A stretch of DNA of 64,000 bases from Limnohabitans sp. (GTDB lineage: Bacteria; Pseudomonadota; Gammaproteobacteria; Burkholderiales; Burkholderiaceae_C), in the NCBI GenBank assembly GCA_021300495.1, contig JAJTDK010000001.1, positions 13,400 through 77,399 of the forward strand, given 5' to 3'. Below are positions 9,059 to 19,822 of the stretch, one piece after another. A program made the translations under genes and the position numbers. Within the stretch, counting starts at the first letter, position 1. Every line of letters starts with the position of its first letter. Under the pieces are notes generated by a model that had not been told where the DNA came from, searched no databases, and was given only the letters and a program-made list of their open reading frames with translations.

Positions 9059-11020
9059 ATGAGCGCCACCGTTTACCAGCCCAGTGCTGACTTCGTTAAA
9101 AATGCCCATATCTCTGGTATGCCAGCTTACCAAGCCCTTTGTAAAGAGGCTGAAACAGATTACGAAGGCTACTGGGCTCGGCTAGCCAAAGAATTCATAT
9201 CGTGGAAAACACCCTTCACCAAGGTTTTGGATGAATCCAAAGCGCCTTTCTTCAAATGGTTTGAAGACGGCACCCTGAATGCCTCTTACAACTGCTTAGA
9301 CCGCAATGTAGAAAAAGGCTTAGGCAATAAAACGGCCCTCATTTTTGAAGCTGACGGTGGTGAAATCACGCGCATTACATACAGCCAATTGCTGGCCAAA
9401 ACCTGCCAAATTGCCAATGGACTCAAATCCATCGGCATTCAAAAAGGCGACCGCGTCATCATCTACATTTCCATGTCAATTGATGGGGTGGCGGCCATGC
9501 AAGCTTGCGCCCGCATTGGCGCCACACACTCCGTGGTGTTCGGTGGTTTCTCAGCCCAGTCATTGCGCGATCGCATTGAAGATACGGGCGCCAAAGCTGT
9601 GATCACGGCCGACCACCAAATTCGCGGTGGCAAACAATTGCCTTTGAAATCCATTGTCGACGATGCCATTGCCTTGGGCGGTTGCGGCAGCATCAAAGAT
9701 GTGTTGGTAGTCAAGCGCAGCGGCGCCGATGTCGCCATGACTGCAGGTCGCGACACTTGGATGCACGACTTGGTGGCCAAGCAAGCCAACACCTGCGAGC
9801 CAGAATGGGTGGGTGCTGAGCATCCCTTGTTCTTGCTCTATACCTCTGGCTCAACAGGCAAGCCCAAAGGTGTTCAACACTCTACAGGCGGCTACCTGTT
9901 GCACGCGGCCCTGACCACCAAATGGACCTTCGACTTGAAACAAGACGACGTGTTCTGGTGCACGGCCGACATTGGTTGGGTCACAGGCCATACCTACATC
10001 ACCTACGGCCCCTTGGCCTTGGGCGGTACAGAAATTGTGTTTGAAGGTGTGCCCACATACCCTGACGCAGGCCGTTTCTGGAAAATGATTCAAGACCACA
10101 AGGTCTCAATTTTCTACACGGCGCCTACTGCCATTCGCTCTTTGATCAAAGCGGCTGAAGCCAATGATGCGGTGCATCCCAAGAGCTACAACTTGAGCAG
10201 CTTGCGCTTGCTCGGCTCTGTGGGCGAACCCATCAACCCCGCTGCGTGGGAGTGGTATCACAAGCACGTGGGCGGTGGCAACTGCCCCATTGTCGACACC
10301 TTCTGGCAAACCGAAACCGGTGGTCACATGATCACGCCACTGCCTGGTGTGACACCCATGGTGCCCGGTTCTTGCACACTGCCTTTCCCTGGTATTCAAG
10401 CCGCCATCGTGGACGAAACAGGCAAAGACATGCCCAACGGCCAAGGTGGTATCTTGGTGGTCAAGCGCCCATGGCCTTCCATGATTCGAACCATCTGGGG
10501 TGACCCCGAGCGTTTCGTGAAAAGCTACTATCCAGCCGATTTCCAAGGCAAGTACTACTTGGCCGGCGACGGTGCCATTCGCGATGCCGAAACAGGCTAC
10601 TTCACCATCACGGGCCGCATTGACGACGTGTTGAATGTGTCGGGCCACCGCATGGGCACGATGGAAATTGAATCTGCTTTGGTCAGCTGCACCGAGCTGG
10701 TGGCCGAAGCCGCTGTGGTGGGTCGTCCCGATGAAACAACCGGAGAAGCCATTTGTGCGTTTGTGGTGCTGAAGCGGCCCTTGCCGACAGGAGACGAAGG
10801 CAAGGCCATTGCCAAACAATTGCGCGATCACATCGCCAAAGAAATTGGCCCCATTGCCAAGCCTAAAGACATTCGCTTTGGAGAGAACTTGCCTAAGACT
10901 CGTTCCGGCAAAATCATGCGCCGCTTGTTGCGCAGCTTGGCCAAAGGCGAGGAAATTACGCAAGACATTAGCACTTTGGAAAACCCAGCCATTTTGGGCC
11001 AACTGGGTCAAACGTATTGA
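9059..11020 (+). CDS. acs: Acetyl-CoA synthetase
   Basis: [21 protein letters not shown] and [11 protein letters not shown] motifs; AAGGAG SD. Confidence 0.95.
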   Translation: MSATVYQPSADFVKNAHISGMPAYQALCKEAETDYEGYWARLAKEFISWKTPFTKVLDESKAPFFKWFEDGTLNASYNCLDRNVEKGLGNKTALIFEADGGEITRITYSQLLAKTCQIANGLKSIGIQKGDRVIIYISMSIDGVAAMQACARIGATHSVVFGGFSAQSLRDRIEDTGAKAVITADHQIRGGKQLPLKSIVDDAIALGGCGSIKDVLVVKRSGADVAMTAGRDTWMHDLVAKQANTCEPEWVGAEHPLFLLYTSGSTGKPKGVQHSTGGYLLHAALTTKWTFDLKQDDVFWCTADIGWVTGHTYITYGPLALGGTEIVFEGVPTYPDAGRFWKMIQDHKVSIFYTAPTAIRSLIKAAEANDAVHPKSYNLSSLRLLGSVGEPINPAAWEWYHKHVGGGNCPIVDTFWQTETGGHMITPLPGVTPMVPGSCTLPFPGIQAAIVDETGKDMPNGQGGILVVKRPWPSMIRTIWGDPERFVKSYYPADFQGKYYLAGDGAIRDAETGYFTITGRIDDVLNVSGHRMGTMEIESALVSCTELVAEAAVVGRPDETTGEAICAFVVLKRPLPTGDEGKAIAKQLRDHIAKEIGPIAKPKDIRFGENLPKTRSGKIMRRLLRSLAKGEEITQDISTLENPAILGQLGQTY

Positions 11021-11045
11021 GCTGAACTGCAAAGCCTGGTAGCAC

Positions 11046-11080
11046 AAAGAGTCCATCCCGAGAGGGGCGGACTCTTTTTT
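11046..11080. terminator. Terminator between convergent acs and ggt
   Basis: AAAGAGTCCATCCC-GAGA-GGGGCGGACTCTTTTTT. Confidence 0.75.
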
Positions 11081-12925
11081 TCAGGGTCTGGGGCCCATCA
11101 CCACGCCTTCACGCCGAGGATCTGCACCCCCAAAGAAGCCTGTGGGTGTTACTTCAACAGCTTGAAGACCACTGATCAAGGGGGTTTCACGAACCTCATG
11201 GCCCTTAGCCTGCAGCGCTTTGATGGTGCTTTCTGGAAAGCGCCTCTCTTCCAAAATGGTAGGGCCATTGAGTGAGCTGAAATTGGGCAAGTTGATAGCT
11301 TGCTGTGTGTTCAAGCCCCATTGCAATGTGCCAACCAAAAGCTTGCCTGTGTAGTGAATGATGACAGCACCGCCTGGGCTACCGCCCGTCATTTTCAATT
11401 TGCCAGTGTCTTTTTCAAACACCAAAGTTGGAGACATAGAAGAGCGCGGCCGTTTGCCACCTTCAACCCGATTGGCAATGGGCATGCCTTTGGCGTCTGC
11501 AGGCGCATAACTAAAATCGGTCAGCTCGTTGTTCAACAAAAAACCACCGTGCCTGCCTTGGCCTGAATTGACCATGTTTCTAGAACCAAAGACGGCTTCG
11601 ATGGTGGTGGTCATGGCCACAGCATTGCCGAACTTGTCAATCACGCTAATGTGGCTGGTACCATGTTCTTCTTGTGCCTGCATGGGTGCAAAGGCAGTCT
11701 TGGTTCCAGCAGGATTGCCAGGTTGTGCCACCTTCATGCTTTTCGCGCCGATGAGGCTGCTGCGTTGTTTGAGGTACTGGGTATTCCAAAGCGTCCGCCA
11801 ATCACCGCCAGGTGGCTGAACAAAATCAGGGTCCGCCACAAATTGGCCACGGTCTGCAAAAGCCAAACGGGCTGCTTCTGTGTAAAAGTGCAGCCAATCG
11901 GCCGAAGGCAAACCTTGCTCAAGTTGCATTGTCCCGGCCGCAGTGTTGTTCAAAATGCCCAGCATTTGCCCGATGGCCAATGTGCCCGAACTGGGTGGTG
12001 GGAAACCGCAAAGTTGATAGGTTTTTCCAGTTGTTTGCACCAAATGATCAAAGCACAAAGGATCGCGTTTTTTGGCTTTGTAATTGGCCAAATCTTGCAT
12101 TGTCATGCTGCCAGGGCGTGTGGGGTGTTGTCGCACTTTTTTAACCAAGGCTTCGGCCACAGGGCCATCCTTCAAAGCTTGGGATCCACGCTTTGCAATG
12201 TCGCGCATGACAGCTGCCAACTCGGGATTTTTCAGGATGTGACCGATAGGGTATGGTTTGCCCTGCGCATCGTAAAAGTAGCTTGCGGCGACAAGGTCAT
12301 TGATTAAATAATTTTCAGCCAACAACGCGCTATGCAAGCGAGGGCTGAGCTTGAAGCCTTCCTCTGCCAGTTGAATGACCGGCTGTATCAATGTTGCCCA
12401 AGGTAATTTGCCATGTTCTTTGTGTGCCATTTCAAGCACTGTGAGGGTGCCAGGAACCCCTACCGACAGGCCGCTGACAACACCGTCAATGAAGGGCAGA
12501 GGCTTGCCTTGCGTATCTAAAAAAAGTTTATCTGTAGCGGCCGAAGGGGCTGTTTCACGACCATCGTAGGCCTCTACTTTTTTGCCATCGTGGTGCAGAA
12601 CAAAAGCACCACCGCCTATGCCACTTGACTGAGGTTCAACCAAAGTTAAAACCATTTGAACCGCAATGGCCGCATCAATGGCAGAGCCACCCGCTAGGAG
12701 AATTTGGTAACCCGCATCGGTGGCCAAAGGATTGGCGGCAGCCACTGCAAAACCTTGAGTGGCCCAGCCTGGTTTTTCTTGATAACCCACAGGGTCGTTA
12801 GGTTGATCGGGTGTGGCGTAGTTAAAGTTTTTGGGTTGTAACGCGCAAGCGCTCAAGCCGAAAGCCAAAACTCCGACTGCAATATTTTGGACGCAGCTTA
12901 TCTTCAATAACTTCATGTCGCTCAC
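11081..12925 (-). CDS. ggt: Gamma-glutamyltransferase (lipoprotein-like signal)
   Basis: EPQSSGIGGG, DGRETAP, catalytic TSHISVID, RPRSSMSP; LSAC lipobox. Confidence 0.9.
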   Translation of the reverse strand: MSDMKLLKISCVQNIAVGVLAFGLSACALQPKNFNYATPDQPNDPVGYQEKPGWATQGFAVAAANPLATDAGYQILLAGGSAIDAAIAVQMVLTLVEPQSSGIGGGAFVLHHDGKKVEAYDGRETAPSAATDKLFLDTQGKPLPFIDGVVSGLSVGVPGTLTVLEMAHKEHGKLPWATLIQPVIQLAEEGFKLSPRLHSALLAENYLINDLVAASYFYDAQGKPYPIGHILKNPELAAVMRDIAKRGSQALKDGPVAEALVKKVRQHPTRPGSMTMQDLANYKAKKRDPLCFDHLVQTTGKTYQLCGFPPPSSGTLAIGQMLGILNNTAAGTMQLEQGLPSADWLHFYTEAARLAFADRGQFVADPDFVQPPGGDWRTLWNTQYLKQRSSLIGAKSMKVAQPGNPAGTKTAFAPMQAQEEHGTSHISVIDKFGNAVAMTTTIEAVFGSRNMVNSGQGRHGGFLLNNELTDFSYAPADAKGMPIANRVEGGKRPRSSMSPTLVFEKDTGKLKMTGGSPGGAVIIHYTGKLLVGTLQWGLNTQQAINLPNFSSLNGPTILEERRFPESTIKALQAKGHEVRETPLISGLQAVEVTPTGFFGGADPRREGVVMGPRP

Positions 12926-12951
12926 AGGGTGTTAGATGGCAAAAGTATGGC

Positions 12952-13710
12952 TTACTTTGGAGCGAGCCTAATGGCGCCATCCAGGCGAATCACTTCGCCA
13001 TTGAGCATGTCGTTCTCCAAAATATGCTTGACCAATTTGGCATAGTCGTTGGGTGTTCCTAGGCGGCTAGGGAAGGGGACAGCTGCTGCCAACGCGTCTT
13101 GGACTTCTTGCGGCATGCCAAACACCATGGGCGTGCCAAAAATGCCGGGCGCAATGGTCATGTTGCGAATTCCGTTTCGTGCAAGATCGCGGGCAATCGG
13201 CAAGGTCATGCCCACCACACCGCCTTTGGAAGCAGAGTAAGCGGCTTGGCCAATTTGACCGTCGTAAGCGGCCACAGAAGCCGTAGAAATCAAGACGCCG
13301 CGTTCGCCTGTGGCTTCCGGTTCGTTTTTGCACATGGCCTCGGATGCCAATCGAATCATGTTGAAACTGCCAATCAAATTGACGGTGATGGTTTTGCTAA
13401 ATACCGCCAGTGAATGCGCGCCATTTTTACCCACTGTTTTTTCGGCAGGGGCAATACCAGCACAATTCACCAAGCCCACCAATTTGCCAAGCGACACAGC
13501 CTTGGCAACCACAGCTTGACCGTCGGCTTCGTTGCTAACGTCGCACTTGACGAAAGCACCCCCCAATTCTTTGGCGATGGCCTCGCCTTTTTCAGCTTGC
13601 ATGTCTGCAATCACCACTTTGCCGCCATGGCCTGCCAACATGCGGGCCGTGCCTTCGCCCAGACCCGATGCGCCGCCCGTCACGATGAAAACTTTGCCTT
13701 GGATGTCCAT
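12952..13710 (-). CDS. 3-hydroxyacyl-CoA dehydrogenase type II (SDR)
   Basis: [13 protein letters not shown] and YSASK motifs. Confidence 0.85.
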   Translation of the reverse strand: MDIQGKVFIVTGGASGLGEGTARMLAGHGGKVVIADMQAEKGEAIAKELGGAFVKCDVSNEADGQAVVAKAVSLGKLVGLVNCAGIAPAEKTVGKNGAHSLAVFSKTITVNLIGSFNMIRLASEAMCKNEPEATGERGVLISTASVAAYDGQIGQAAYSASKGGVVGMTLPIARDLARNGIRNMTIAPGIFGTPMVFGMPQEVQDALAAAVPFPSRLGTPNDYAKLVKHILENDMLNGEVIRLDGAIRLAPK

Positions 13711-13727
13711 GAATACCCCTTGATGAG

Positions 13728-13748
13728 TTGACGTTACGTTAACGTCAA
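13728..13748. promoter_or_regulatory. Palindromic operator, LiuR (MerR family)-like
   Basis: TTGACGTT-ACGTT-AACGTCAA containing TTACGTTAACGTCA, upstream of an acyl-CoA catabolic gene. Confidence 0.6.
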
Positions 13749-13785
13749 TTATGCATGGGTGATCCAAATGAAAACTATCGCACTC

Positions 13786-13830
13786 ATAAGTAATCCCAAT
13801 CAGGGTTATCACTATTAGGGTTTACGATAG
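13786..13830 (+). promoter_or_regulatory. Possible OxyR site
   Basis: Degenerate ATAA-N7-CAAT-N7-ATCA and ATTA-N7-CGAT upstream of ahpC. Confidence 0.35.
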
Positions 13831-13886
13831 GCCTCAATGAGTTTTCTCATTCAACATTTTTTTAAAACCAACCTCAAGGTAACACC

Positions 13887-14450
13887 ATGACACTTATCAA
13901 CACGCAAGTTCAGCCCTTCAAAACCCAAGCTTTCCACAACGGCAAGTTCATTGAAGTTTCAGACGCCAGCCTCAAGGGCAAGTGGTCTGTTTTGATCTTC
14001 ATGCCAGCTGCGTTCACCTTCAATTGCCCCACAGAAATTGAAGACGCTGCTGACAACTACCCGGCCTTTCAAAAGGCCGGTGCCGAGGTTTACATCGTGA
14101 CCACCGACACCCACTTTTCACACAAAGTGTGGCACGAGACTTCACCCGCTGTGGGCAAAGCCAAGTTCCCATTGGTGGGCGACCCGACTCACACCCTGAC
14201 CAACGCGTTTGGCGTGCACATTGCTGAAGAAGGCCTGGCTTTGCGCGGTACCTTCATCATCAACCCAGAAGGCACCATCAAGACCATGGAAGTGCACTCT
14301 AACGAAATCGCCCGTGACGTTTCTGAAACACTTCGCAAGTTGACTGCCGCACAGTACACAGCAGCCAACCCTGGTCAAGTTTGCCCTGCTAAGTGGAAAG
14401 AAGGCGCTAAGACTTTGACACCTTCACTCGACTTGGTCGGCAAGATCTAA
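13887..14450 (+). CDS. ahpC: Alkyl hydroperoxide reductase subunit C
   Basis: FTFNCPTE and VCPAKW cysteine motifs. Confidence 0.95.
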   Translation: MTLINTQVQPFKTQAFHNGKFIEVSDASLKGKWSVLIFMPAAFTFNCPTEIEDAADNYPAFQKAGAEVYIVTTDTHFSHKVWHETSPAVGKAKFPLVGDPTHTLTNAFGVHIAEEGLALRGTFIINPEGTIKTMEVHSNEIARDVSETLRKLTAAQYTAANPGQVCPAKWKEGAKTLTPSLDLVGKI

Positions 14451-14472
14451 GTTAGGACATATCCGTGAAAAG

Positions 14473-14501
14473 GTCAACGCTCTGAATCTCAGGGCGTTGA
14501 C
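14473..14501 (+). other. Intercistronic stem-loop between ahpC and ahpF
   Basis: GTCAACGCTCTGA-ATC-TCAGGGCGTTGAC, no U-tract. Confidence 0.6.
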
Positions 14502-14556
14502 AGTAAGCCTGTGCAGCGCACCGACTTGAATTTGAAATTGCATTAGGAAAAAAACC

Positions 14557-16122
14557 ATGTTAGACGACACCCTCAAATCGCAATTACAAACCTACTTGGG
14601 CATGCTGAGAAACCCCATCCGCTTGATCGCCACATTGGACGACAGCGAGACCGGCGTGGAGATGCGTACCTTGCTGGAAACCATTGTGGGTTTGTCAGAC
14701 AAAGTGAGTTTGGACACCTCGGGTACAGATGCGCGCACGCCTTCTTTTGTGGTGGTCCGAGAAGGTGAAACGCAAGGCGTTCGTTTTGCTGGCTTGCCAC
14801 TGGGACATGAGTTCACATCTTTGGTATTGGCCTTGTTGTGGACCGGCGGTCATCCCCCCAAAGTAGAAGCAGACGTGATCGAAAGTATTAAGGCACTCGA
14901 CGGCGCTTTCAACTTTGAGGTCTACATGTCATTGTCATGCCACAACTGCCCTGACGTGGTTCAGGCTTTGTCGCTGATGGCCATTTTCAATCCCAAAGTG
15001 AAGACCGTGGTCATTGAAGGCGGCGCCTTTCAACAAGAAGTGACCGAGCGCGAAATCATGGCCGTGCCCATGGTGTTTTTGAATGGCAAGGTGTTTGGAT
15101 CAGGGCGCATGTTGGTGGAAGAAATTGTGGCCAAAATTGACACGGGTTCTGCCGACCGAGAAGCCGCCAAGCTCAACGCCAAAGAAAACTTCGACCTGCT
15201 GATTGTGGGCGGTGGCCCTGCTGGCGCTGCAGCCGCCGTTTATGCCGCACGCAAAGGCATTCGCGTGGGTGTGGCGGCAGAACGTTTTGGCGGTCAGGTG
15301 AACGACACCTTGGCCATTGAAAACTACATTTCAGTTTTGGAAACCGATGGCCCTAAATTTGGCGCAGCCTTAGAGGCCCAAGTGCGTCAGTACGGTGCTG
15401 ACATCATGAATTTACAGCGAGCAGCAAAAGTTATTCCGGCTGAAGAGGAGGGCGGTCTGATTCAAGTCCAAATGGAAAACGGTGGTGTCTTGAAAGCCCG
15501 TACAGTTATTTTGTCGACCGGAGCCAGATGGCGCAATGTCAATGTGCCCGGCGAGCAAGAATACAAAAACAAAGGCGTGGCCTATTGCCCGCATTGCGAT
15601 GGTCCTTTGTTCAAAGGCAAACGCACCGCTGTGATTGGTGGTGGCAATTCTGGCATTGAAGCAGCCATCGATTTGGCAGGCATTGTGGCGCATGTCACCG
15701 TCATTGAATTTGCCGATCAGCTCAAGGCCGATGCCGTGTTGGTCAACAAGCTCAAAAGCTTGCCTAACGTGACCGTGCATACCAACGCTCAGACCACCGA
15801 AATTACAGGTGACGGTAGTGTGGTCAATGGCATTCGCTTTAAAGAACGTGCATCTGGCCAAGAGCAGCACATTGCCCTAGAGGGTGTGTTTGTTCAAATT
15901 GGTTTGATTCCCAACACTGAGTTCTTGAAAGGCACGTTAGAGCTGTCTAAGTTTGGTGAAATTGTGGTCGATGCCAAAGGTCACACCAATGTGCCTGGCG
16001 TGTTTGCAGCCGGCGATTGCACCACCGTGCCTTTTAAACAAATTGTGATTGCAGCCGGCGACGGTGCCAAGGCGGCACTCAGTGCGTTTGATCACCTGAT
16101 TCGGACGCCGGTAGCGGCTTAG
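14557..16122 (+). CDS. ahpF: Alkyl hydroperoxide reductase subunit F
   Basis: CHNC and CPHC motifs, GGGPAG FAD motif. Confidence 0.95.
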   Translation: MLDDTLKSQLQTYLGMLRNPIRLIATLDDSETGVEMRTLLETIVGLSDKVSLDTSGTDARTPSFVVVREGETQGVRFAGLPLGHEFTSLVLALLWTGGHPPKVEADVIESIKALDGAFNFEVYMSLSCHNCPDVVQALSLMAIFNPKVKTVVIEGGAFQQEVTEREIMAVPMVFLNGKVFGSGRMLVEEIVAKIDTGSADREAAKLNAKENFDLLIVGGGPAGAAAAVYAARKGIRVGVAAERFGGQVNDTLAIENYISVLETDGPKFGAALEAQVRQYGADIMNLQRAAKVIPAEEEGGLIQVQMENGGVLKARTVILSTGARWRNVNVPGEQEYKNKGVAYCPHCDGPLFKGKRTAVIGGGNSGIEAAIDLAGIVAHVTVIEFADQLKADAVLVNKLKSLPNVTVHTNAQTTEITGDGSVVNGIRFKERASGQEQHIALEGVFVQIGLIPNTEFLKGTLELSKFGEIVVDAKGHTNVPGVFAAGDCTTVPFKQIVIAAGDGAKAALSAFDHLIRTPVAA

Positions 16123-16537
16123 GTTGCGGGCTCTTGCGCACGTAGGCCAAGGCAAACGCCAGCCATCCTAGGATGAAACAGGTGCCACCCCATGGCACCA
16201 AGCTTCTGAAAGTTTGGACGTCATACCATGCGCGAATGAGAATGTTGATCGAAAACATCAAGCAACCTAGCAAGAACAAAACGCCTGCTGCCAGCAGGCG
16301 TTTTTCACTTGACCTAGATTGTCCCAAGATGCCCACCAAAATAAGACCAATTGAATGAAATTGCAGCAAGTTCAAGCTGGCTTGGACCATGGCGGGTGAA
16401 CTGCCGATTAAACTGTTGCCATGCGAAGCGTAAGCTGACGCAATGACCGACAGGGCTGCCATGAAGGCGCCCATCGCAATGAACCCCTTCGGCCATCTCG
16501 GCAAAGTTGTTTGTTGAAGGTGTTCCATTAAAACCAA
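16079..16537 (-). CDS. DUF423/YgdD-like membrane protein
   Basis: AYASHG and [11 protein letters not shown] motifs; four TM segments. Confidence 0.7.
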   Translation of the reverse strand: MVLMEHLQQTTLPRWPKGFIAMGAFMAALSVIASAYASHGNSLIGSSPAMVQASLNLLQFHSIGLILVGILGQSRSSEKRLLAAGVLFLLGCLMFSINILIRAWYDVQTFRSLVPWGGTCFILGWLAFALAYVRKSPQPKPLPASESGDQTH

Positions 16538-16562
16538 TGCATTTCAAATTAGATCAGACATT

Positions 16563-17573
16563 ATGCAAGTGAAGTTAGGGGCCTCAGGGCCAATTCCTGT
16601 TTGGCCAGATGTCCTCAAGCTCATTGCGTGCCGCATGAGTTTGATCGGTGTACTTGTTTTGACAGGCTGTGCCAGTGTCAAAGCGCCAGATGCAAATGTT
16701 GTCAAAACGCCTGGTGCTATTGAGTCAACTTCGACAGGCACAACGCCTGCCGTCCCCATCTTGATTGAACCTGTTGCACCTCTGAAAGTTTTGAATTTGG
16801 GTTTGGCTTTGGGAAGCGGTGCTGCGCGAGGATTTGCACATGTAGGCGTGATACAAGTTTTGGAGGAGGCTGGCATTCAACCCGACCTGGTTGTCGGTAC
16901 GTCCGCTGGCAGTTTGGTTGCCGCTTTGTATGCCAGTGGCAAAAACAGCGCTCAACTTAGGCGAGTGGCCGAGACCATGGAAGAAGCGGAAATTACAGAC
17001 TGGATGATGCCCATTCTGAATCGGGGCGCTTTAAGAGGCGAAGCCTTGGCGCGCTACGTGAATACGCAAGTGGGAGGCCGCTTGATTGAGCAAATGAAAA
17101 TACCCTTGGGCATTGTGGCCACTGACCTGCACAACGGCGAACCCATGCTCTTTCAAAGAGGCAACACCGGATCAGCTGTGAGGGCCTCTAGCGCAGTGCC
17201 AGCTGTATTTCAACCGGTCAAAATTGGCACCAGAGAGTATGTGGATGGCGGCTTGGTTTCACCGGTTCCAGTACGGCAGGCGCGTGAAATGGGTGCCAAT
17301 GTGATCATTGCCGTTGATATTTCCACTGACCCCGAAGGCAGCCCCGCATCGGATACGTTTCAAATATTGATGCAGACCTTCAACATCATGGGCAAAAGCT
17401 TGAACACCGTTTTGTTGAAAGATGCCGATGTGGTGGTCAAGCCGGCGTTGATGGGTGTGAAGAGCGCTGACTTTGCCGCCAGGCGCAAGTCCATCGAAGC
17501 GGGTAGGGAGGCGATGCTCAAAGCCATGCCAAAGCTAAAACAAGTCTTGAGTGGCTATGCTAACAAGCCATGA
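16563..17573 (+). CDS. Patatin-like phospholipase, possible lipoprotein (start uncertain)
   Basis: GSGAARG, GTSAG and DGG motifs; LTGC lipobox. Confidence 0.85.
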   Translation: MQVKLGASGPIPVWPDVLKLIACRMSLIGVLVLTGCASVKAPDANVVKTPGAIESTSTGTTPAVPILIEPVAPLKVLNLGLALGSGAARGFAHVGVIQVLEEAGIQPDLVVGTSAGSLVAALYASGKNSAQLRRVAETMEEAEITDWMMPILNRGALRGEALARYVNTQVGGRLIEQMKIPLGIVATDLHNGEPMLFQRGNTGSAVRASSAVPAVFQPVKIGTREYVDGGLVSPVPVRQAREMGANVIIAVDISTDPEGSPASDTFQILMQTFNIMGKSLNTVLLKDADVVVKPALMGVKSADFAARRKSIEAGREAMLKAMPKLKQVLSGYANKP

Positions 17574-17594
17574 AAGTGCTGGAAAGTCAGAAAC

Positions 17595-17623
17595 AAAAAA
17601 GCCGGTTTTAAACCGGCTTTTTT
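17595..17623. terminator. Bidirectional terminator
   Basis: AAAAAAGCCGGTT-TTA-AACCGGCTTTTTT. Confidence 0.85.
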
Positions 17624-17670
17624 GTCAGAGAAAGGCCAGAGCGACTCGGGCCTTTTTCAGAGGGCGTTGA

Positions 17671-18213
17671 TTAACGCTTTTTAGCAGCTGTCTTGGCAGT
17701 TGCAACAGCTGTGTTGGTCACAGCAGCCATGTTGGCTTCAGCCATGTCGGTGGCTTGCTTCACAGCTTTTTGAACTGATTCGTAAGCATTGTTAGCGGCG
17801 TTCACGGCGCTTTTCATCATGGCAACTGCTGTCTCAGAGCCAGCAGGAGCGTTTGAAGTTGTAGAGTCAACCAAGTTAGCGAACTGCTTTTGCGCAGCAG
17901 CTGTTTGGGCTTCCAAAGCTTTTGTGAATTCGTTGGAAGTGCCAGAAGCGATGTCATAGAGATGACGGCTGTAAGCAGCTGTTTTCTCAGCCAAGGGCTG
18001 GAACAAGTTGGCTTGCAAAGCCATCAATTCTTGGGCGTCTTTCACGCTCAATGCAGCTTTGGTGCTGTGAGCTGACTCGCTCAAAGCAGCTTTAGTGGCT
18101 GTCAAGTTCAACTCGACCAATTTTTCCATGCCTTCGAAGGCTTTGGATGTCAAACCGAAAAGGGTTTCGACATTGGCTTTGTGTGAAGCAACGATTTGTT
18201 CTGTAGTCATCAT
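17671..18213 (-). CDS. phaP: Phasin
   Basis: Ala-rich; [18 protein letters not shown] and APAGSETAV are typical of betaproteobacterial phasins. Confidence 0.85.
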   Translation of the reverse strand: MMTTEQIVASHKANVETLFGLTSKAFEGMEKLVELNLTATKAALSESAHSTKAALSVKDAQELMALQANLFQPLAEKTAAYSRHLYDIASGTSNEFTKALEAQTAAAQKQFANLVDSTTSNAPAGSETAVAMMKSAVNAANNAYESVQKAVKQATDMAEANMAAVTNTAVATAKTAAKKR

Positions 18214-18302
18214 GATTTCTCCGTTAATTTAAAAAAGTTAAAAGTCTGAAAGTTTCAAGGGACTGCTCTGAACCGGCTTTGCTTGTCGCTTGGCCTAACA
18301 TC

Positions 18303-18378
18303 TTGTTGCAGTGCAGCATGGGTTGGATTTTAGGGGCCTTGAAGCCAATTACAAGGGGTTTTTGTTGCAATGCAGCAT
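18303..18378. promoter_or_regulatory. Two TTGTTGCA(G/A)TGCAGCAT boxes, PhaR-like
   Basis: 17-bp direct repeats at 18303-18319 and 18362-18378, one mismatch, upstream of phaP. Confidence 0.6.
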
Positions 18379-18432
18379 TTTAGAGTCGGCGTTCTAGAAA
18401 TTGAATTCATGCGAAAAGGTCACAATTCAGCC

Positions 18433-19362
18433 ATGAAAGCTTTCTACTCCGACCACTTTGTTTTGCCTTTGCCAGAGGGGCATCGCTTTCCCATGGCCAA
18501 GTACAGCATGCTGCGCAACAAAATGGCCGCTGCCATTCAAGAGGTGCAAATGTTGGAGGCGCCTGCCGCCTCGGACGGCGAGTTGGCCTTGGCGCATTCC
18601 CCTGAATACGTTCAGGCTGTTAAATCGGGAAGTCTGAGCCCGCAAGCCCAGAGGGAGATTGGATTTCCTTGGACGCCGGCCATGGCAGAGCGGTCGCTTC
18701 GATCGGTGGGCGCTTCTGTGGCCGCAGCCAGGGCGGCCATGAACGAGGGAATTGCGGGCAACTTGGCTGGTGGCACACACCATGCCAGTGCGGCGCAAGG
18801 GGGTGGATTTTGTGTTTTCAATGACATTGCCGTTGCGGCCAGGGTGCTCCAGATGGAGCATTTTCGGGTTTCAAAACAGACTCTCAAGGTCATGGTGGTC
18901 GATTTGGATGTCCACCAAGGCAATGGCACTGCCAGTATCTTTGCTGAAGATGCCAGTGTTTTTACCTTGTCTCTGCATGGCGAAAAGAACTTTCCATTCA
19001 GAAAGGTCAGCAGCGACCTGGATGTGGGTTTGCCAGATGGTTGTTCAGACCCAGCATACTTAGAAGCTTTGGATCAAGCCCTTGAGCAAGCATTCAGTCG
19101 CTTTTCGCCCGACTTTTTAATCTATTTGGCAGGTGCAGATGCCCATGAGGGAGACCGGCTCGGCAGGCTCAAACTGACAGAGGCGGGCATGGCGGCCAGG
19201 GACCAAAGGGTGTTTGATTGGGCTCGTGCCAAAAAAATACCCATGATCATTTGCATGGGGGGTGGCTATGGCCATGACTTAGAGACTACCGTGGCGGTGC
19301 AAATGAACACATGGCGCTTGGCGCATTTGCACTGGCTTCACTGGCAAAATCGAGGCTTCTGA
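18433..19362 (+). CDS. Zn-dependent histone deacetylase family protein
   Basis: GGTHHA, GFCVFND, DLDVHQGNGT and GGGY motifs. Confidence 0.9.
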   Translation: MKAFYSDHFVLPLPEGHRFPMAKYSMLRNKMAAAIQEVQMLEAPAASDGELALAHSPEYVQAVKSGSLSPQAQREIGFPWTPAMAERSLRSVGASVAAARAAMNEGIAGNLAGGTHHASAAQGGGFCVFNDIAVAARVLQMEHFRVSKQTLKVMVVDLDVHQGNGTASIFAEDASVFTLSLHGEKNFPFRKVSSDLDVGLPDGCSDPAYLEALDQALEQAFSRFSPDFLIYLAGADAHEGDRLGRLKLTEAGMAARDQRVFDWARAKKIPMIICMGGGYGHDLETTVAVQMNTWRLAHLHWLHWQNRGF

Positions 19363-19384
19363 CAAAGCATCACACAATTCCAAA

Positions 19385-19822
19385 ATGGACAGTACCAAAC
19401 CGCAAGCGAAGCCCCGAAGTGAGTACCGCGCTTTTCGCCCCATCACTACCCGGTGGATGGACAACGACGTGTATGGCCATGTGAACAATGTTGTTTACTA
19501 CAGTTGGTTTGACACGGCAGTCAATGCGCACCTGATTGAGCAGGGTGTGTTGGACATTCACCAAGGGGAAACCATTGGCCTGGTGGTAGAAACGCAATGC
19601 AATTACTTTGCGCCGCTGGCATTTCCCCAGACCATCGAGGCTGGCATCAGGGTGGCGCATCGCGGCACATCTAGCGTGAAATACGAAGTGGGCTTGTTTG
19701 CAAAAGATGCGCCACTCACTGCTGCACGCGGGCACTTTGTTCATGTCTATGTGGACAAACAAACTCGCAGACCGCAAGCCCTTTCTGAATCATTTATCAA
19801 AGTCCTGGAGCAACTCTCATGA
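19385..19822 (+). CDS. Acyl-CoA thioesterase (4HBT/YbgC-like)
   Basis: DNDVYGHVNN motif. Confidence 0.85.
   Translation: MDSTKPQAKPRSEYRAFRPITTRWMDNDVYGHVNNVVYYSWFDTAVNAHLIEQGVLDIHQGETIGLVVETQCNYFAPLAFPQTIEAGIRVAHRGTSSVKYEVGLFAKDAPLTAARGHFVHVYVDKQTRRPQALSESFIKVLEQLS

Noticed and set aside
10106-11056. Long antisense ORFs such as the 316-aa frame opposite acs (also 53531-54280, 568-1263)
   Set aside because: Shadow frames of well-supported genes with no recognisable motifs
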